A stretch of 64,000 nucleotides of DNA from an uncultured bacterium. GTDB taxonomy: Bacteria > Zixibacteria > MSB-5A5 > GN15 > FEB-12. Below the pieces are notes generated by a model, which saw only the letters and a list, made by a program, of their open reading frames with translations, was not told the origin of the DNA and did not search any database. This document shows, piece after piece, positions 61,493 to 64,000 of this stretch (its first letter is position 1; the number at the start of each line of letters is the position of its first letter). Where the stretch lies: NCBI GenBank assembly GCA_965372795.1, contig CBDVDR010000007.1:64001-128000 (forward strand), written 5' to 3'. The position numbers and the translations under genes were made by a program.

Positions 61493-62557
61493 ATGTTTAA
61501 TAAAAAAATAAAATTGACCTTCTTCATGAGTGCTTTCCTATTGCTTCTTTTTGCATCAGATATTTTTGCATTAGAAAAATGCCTTCTTTGTCATAGGAAA
61601 CATGATCTGGTTAAAACTGAAGAGACCGGTCGAAAAGTATCACTTTTTGTAGACGAAGAGTTACTCGCACAATCTGTACATTCCACCAGAATCTGTACCG
61701 ATTGTCACGTGGACATAGTTGACATTCCACATGAAAAGGGTGTAAAAAAAGTTAATTGTCGTCGGTGTCATTATTCCGGTAACCCGATTGGAGCTCCTGA
61801 AGGGGCTTTATATGATCAATATGAACATAGCGTTCATGGTCTTGAAGTTGCAGCTGGAAATCAAAAAGCACCTGTTTGCCAAAATTGTCATGGATCCCAT
61901 GATATTTTTGCACCTGATTCTACAGCATCATCAATAAACAAAGCAAATATTCCTGCAACATGCGGGAGCTGTCATATCGATATTTACGCAACTTATCAGG
62001 AATCAGTTCATGGAGTTGCTTTAAAAAATGGTAACTTAGATTCACCTGTCTGTTCTGATTGTCATGGCGAACATAGCATTGCCAGACCAGAGGACCCAAC
62101 CTCGTCTGTTTATGGTACAAATCTTACAGCAACCTGTTCTGATTGTCATGGTCCTAAAGGAGTCGTATCAAAATATGGCATTAAAACCGACCGGGCAGCT
62201 ACATTTGAAGATTCATTTCATGGCGTAGCTCAAAAAATGGAAAGCCGGTTTGTTGCCAATTGTTCATCATGTCACGGTTTTCATGATATCCGATCAGATA
62301 ATGATCCAAAATCGATGATTCATCCTGACAATATTCCACAAACTTGCGGACAAACAAACTGTCACCCTGAAGCAAGTTCCACTTTTGCCACAGGACAGAT
62401 TCACATTGATCCAACCAGTGAGGAATCCGGTATACTTTATTATATTTCAAAGTTTTTCCTGATTCTAACAGTTGCGACATTAATAGGTTTATTATTATTT
62501 ATATTTCTTGATCTCTTCCGCCGGGCAAGATCATCTAGAGAAAAGAGTGGTCATTAA
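61493..62557 (+). CDS. Membrane-anchored multiheme cytochrome c (8 CxxCH plus 1 CX4CH)
   Basis: Signal peptide; heme motifs counted; C-terminal TM; paralogous to the preceding gene. Confidence 0.92.
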   Translation: MFNKKIKLTFFMSAFLLLLFASDIFALEKCLLCHRKHDLVKTEETGRKVSLFVDEELLAQSVHSTRICTDCHVDIVDIPHEKGVKKVNCRRCHYSGNPIGAPEGALYDQYEHSVHGLEVAAGNQKAPVCQNCHGSHDIFAPDSTASSINKANIPATCGSCHIDIYATYQESVHGVALKNGNLDSPVCSDCHGEHSIARPEDPTSSVYGTNLTATCSDCHGPKGVVSKYGIKTDRAATFEDSFHGVAQKMESRFVANCSSCHGFHDIRSDNDPKSMIHPDNIPQTCGQTNCHPEASSTFATGQIHIDPTSEESGILYYISKFFLILTVATLIGLLLFIFLDLFRRARSSREKSGH

Positions 62558-63507
62558 TGGACAAAAACGCTAACAACTTTAACAAAAACAGACAATCTCT
62601 GATTAGTCAATTATCGGATAATATTGTTAATTCTTTTGTCTCATTATTCAAAGAAAGAACTGACCAAAAAACCAGAGATAAAATTGTAAAAGAAGTAAAT
62701 GAACGGCTTAATTTTGAAATTAATGTTACTCTGAATGAATTGGTAACAAAATATGCTCCTGAAAAGAGAGTCGATGTAAAAGAAGAAGCCCCCCCTCGTA
62801 CTTTTGAAAGATTTGGTAAGAACTTCCGGGCTCAACATATGCTTATGTTCGTGTCGGTCATCATTCTGGTTATTACCGGAATGCCATTAAAATTTCCCGA
62901 ATTTGATTTTGCCAAGTTCATCATCATTGACCTGCTGGGAGGATTAGAAAATTCCACCTTCCTTCATCGGGTAGGTGCGGTTGGATTGATCATTGTTGGT
63001 CTCTGGCATTTGATCTATACCGTTGCTTCCCGTTTAGGGCGGCGTGATTTTATTTTAATGATACCATATCCACAGGATATAAAAGATTTCTTCACTACTA
63101 TTTTTTACTATATCGGAAGAAGAAAAACAGGAGCCAAATTCGGACGTTTTAGTTTCATTGAAAAATTTGATTATTGGGCTGTATACTGGGGCATGATCAT
63201 TATGATTGGTTCCGGCAGCATTATGTGGTATAAGGAAATTTTTCCAAAATATATATTTGATATTGCACGTGAGGCTCATTCTGATGAAGGATTACTGGCA
63301 ACATTAGCAATTGTTGTTTGGCATTTCTATAATGTTCATTTCAATCCTGAAGTCTTCCCTATGAGCTGGGCGTGGTGGCATGGTCAACTAACAGAAAAAG
63401 AGATGAAACATCATCATCCCCTTGAATATGCGCAAATCATGGAAGCTGAGAGTAATGAAATTATCTCTAAACAGACACAGGATAACAATAGCAAGGAGCC
63501 TGAATAA
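62557..63507 (+). CDS. Cytochrome b (FdnI/CbcB-like) membrane subunit
   Basis: R.QH, ITG.P, LHR, WH, EKFDYWA..WG, AHSDE..LA, WHFY, HHPLEY. Confidence 0.9.
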   Translation: MDKNANNFNKNRQSLISQLSDNIVNSFVSLFKERTDQKTRDKIVKEVNERLNFEINVTLNELVTKYAPEKRVDVKEEAPPRTFERFGKNFRAQHMLMFVSVIILVITGMPLKFPEFDFAKFIIIDLLGGLENSTFLHRVGAVGLIIVGLWHLIYTVASRLGRRDFILMIPYPQDIKDFFTTIFYYIGRRKTGAKFGRFSFIEKFDYWAVYWGMIIMIGSGSIMWYKEIFPKYIFDIAREAHSDEGLLATLAIVVWHFYNVHFNPEVFPMSWAWWHGQLTEKEMKHHHPLEYAQIMEAESNEIISKQTQDNNSKEPE

Positions 63508-64000
63508 TGCTTTCTTTATTTTCTGATTTATTTCAGGTCTTAAAAACACATAAAAAACAACTTGGAATTTTATTATTGATAGTTGTGACCATATCTATCA
63601 TGGGTGGACTAATTCTCAAATACGAAACAACTCAATCTGAATTTTGTGATTCGTGCCATTATATGGCTCCGTATGTCAGACATTGGGAAGCTTCTTCTCA
63701 CGCAGATGTAGATTGTCGCCAATGCCATGATTATGGCGTAACAGATTTAATTGGTTCTGCTATCAAATATGGTACAAATTCTTATAATAACCGACCAAAA
63801 GCAATCGTAAATGATGAAAGCTGTCTTGCTTCTGGATGTCATGAAAATCAAAATCTTGAAGGTGCTATAGAATACAAAAACAATGTGTTTTTTGATCACT
63901 CCAAACATCTTGAAAAAGCATTACGTGGCGAAAAATTACGCTGTACATCATGCCATAACCAAATTGTTCAATATGATGACGACAGTCAAGGGCATATGAG
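63507..64000 (+). CDS. NapC/NirT-like membrane-anchored multiheme cytochrome (truncated by the window edge)
   Basis: Translated by hand: N-terminal TM, FCDSCHYM, W..SSH, CRQCH, CLASGCH, CTSCH. Confidence 0.88.
   Translation, partial: MLSLFSDLFQVLKTHKKQLGILLLIVVTISIMGGLILKYETTQSEFCDSCHYMAPYVRHWEASSHADVDCRQCHDYGVTDLIGSAIKYGTNSYNNRPKAIVNDESCLASGCHENQNLEGAIEYKNNVFFDHSKHLEKALRGEKLRCTSCHNQIVQYDDDSQGHM

Noticed and set aside
757..63279. Numerous 60-150 aa ORFs nested in or antisense to long genes
   Set aside because: No motifs or RBS; expected six-frame noise.
1..64000. Genome-wide reassignment of UGA to Trp or Gly
   Set aside because: Several complete genes end properly at TGA (6191, 17589, 40503, 48608, 50482) and Trp is encoded by TGG throughout; only two site-specific cases exist.

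Overview
AT-rich bacterial chromosomal window with no phage, IS or CRISPR. The gene content (T9SS-type C-terminal sorting domain, PorV/PorQ-like barrel, fused ccoNO, kinase-TolB-TPR protein, many multiheme cytochromes) suggests an FCB-superphylum organism such as Zixibacteria; this placement is an inference. Contents in order: TPR membrane protein, Ser/Thr kinase, DUF362, a duplicated GNAT/polysaccharide deacetylase cluster, serine hydrolase, prolyl oligopeptidase, ECF sigma/anti-sigma pair, tRNA-Glu(CUC), LonC-type protease, histone-H1-like protein, peptidase-propeller-Omp85 protein, murA, comM, lipoprotein/porV/lptE-hutIU, radical SAM-rsmB-PASTA, a full cbb3 oxidase operon, an HD-homoaconitase-PrpD operon, and a TetR-linked porin-multiheme cytochrome-cytochrome b cluster running off the right edge. 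The strongest signals are two genes split by a single in-frame TGA, each followed by a GGU-loop SECIS-like hairpin. One is a membrane Ser/Thr kinase with a C-H-W-U (CxxU) motif in its C-terminal domain; the other is a CxxCH-bearing MtrB-like porin. Both are candidate selenoproteins. Also notable: an anti-sigma factor ending in a T9SS-type sorting domain, an ECF-type promoter shared by two nearby genes, and a candidate ~72-nt sRNA.
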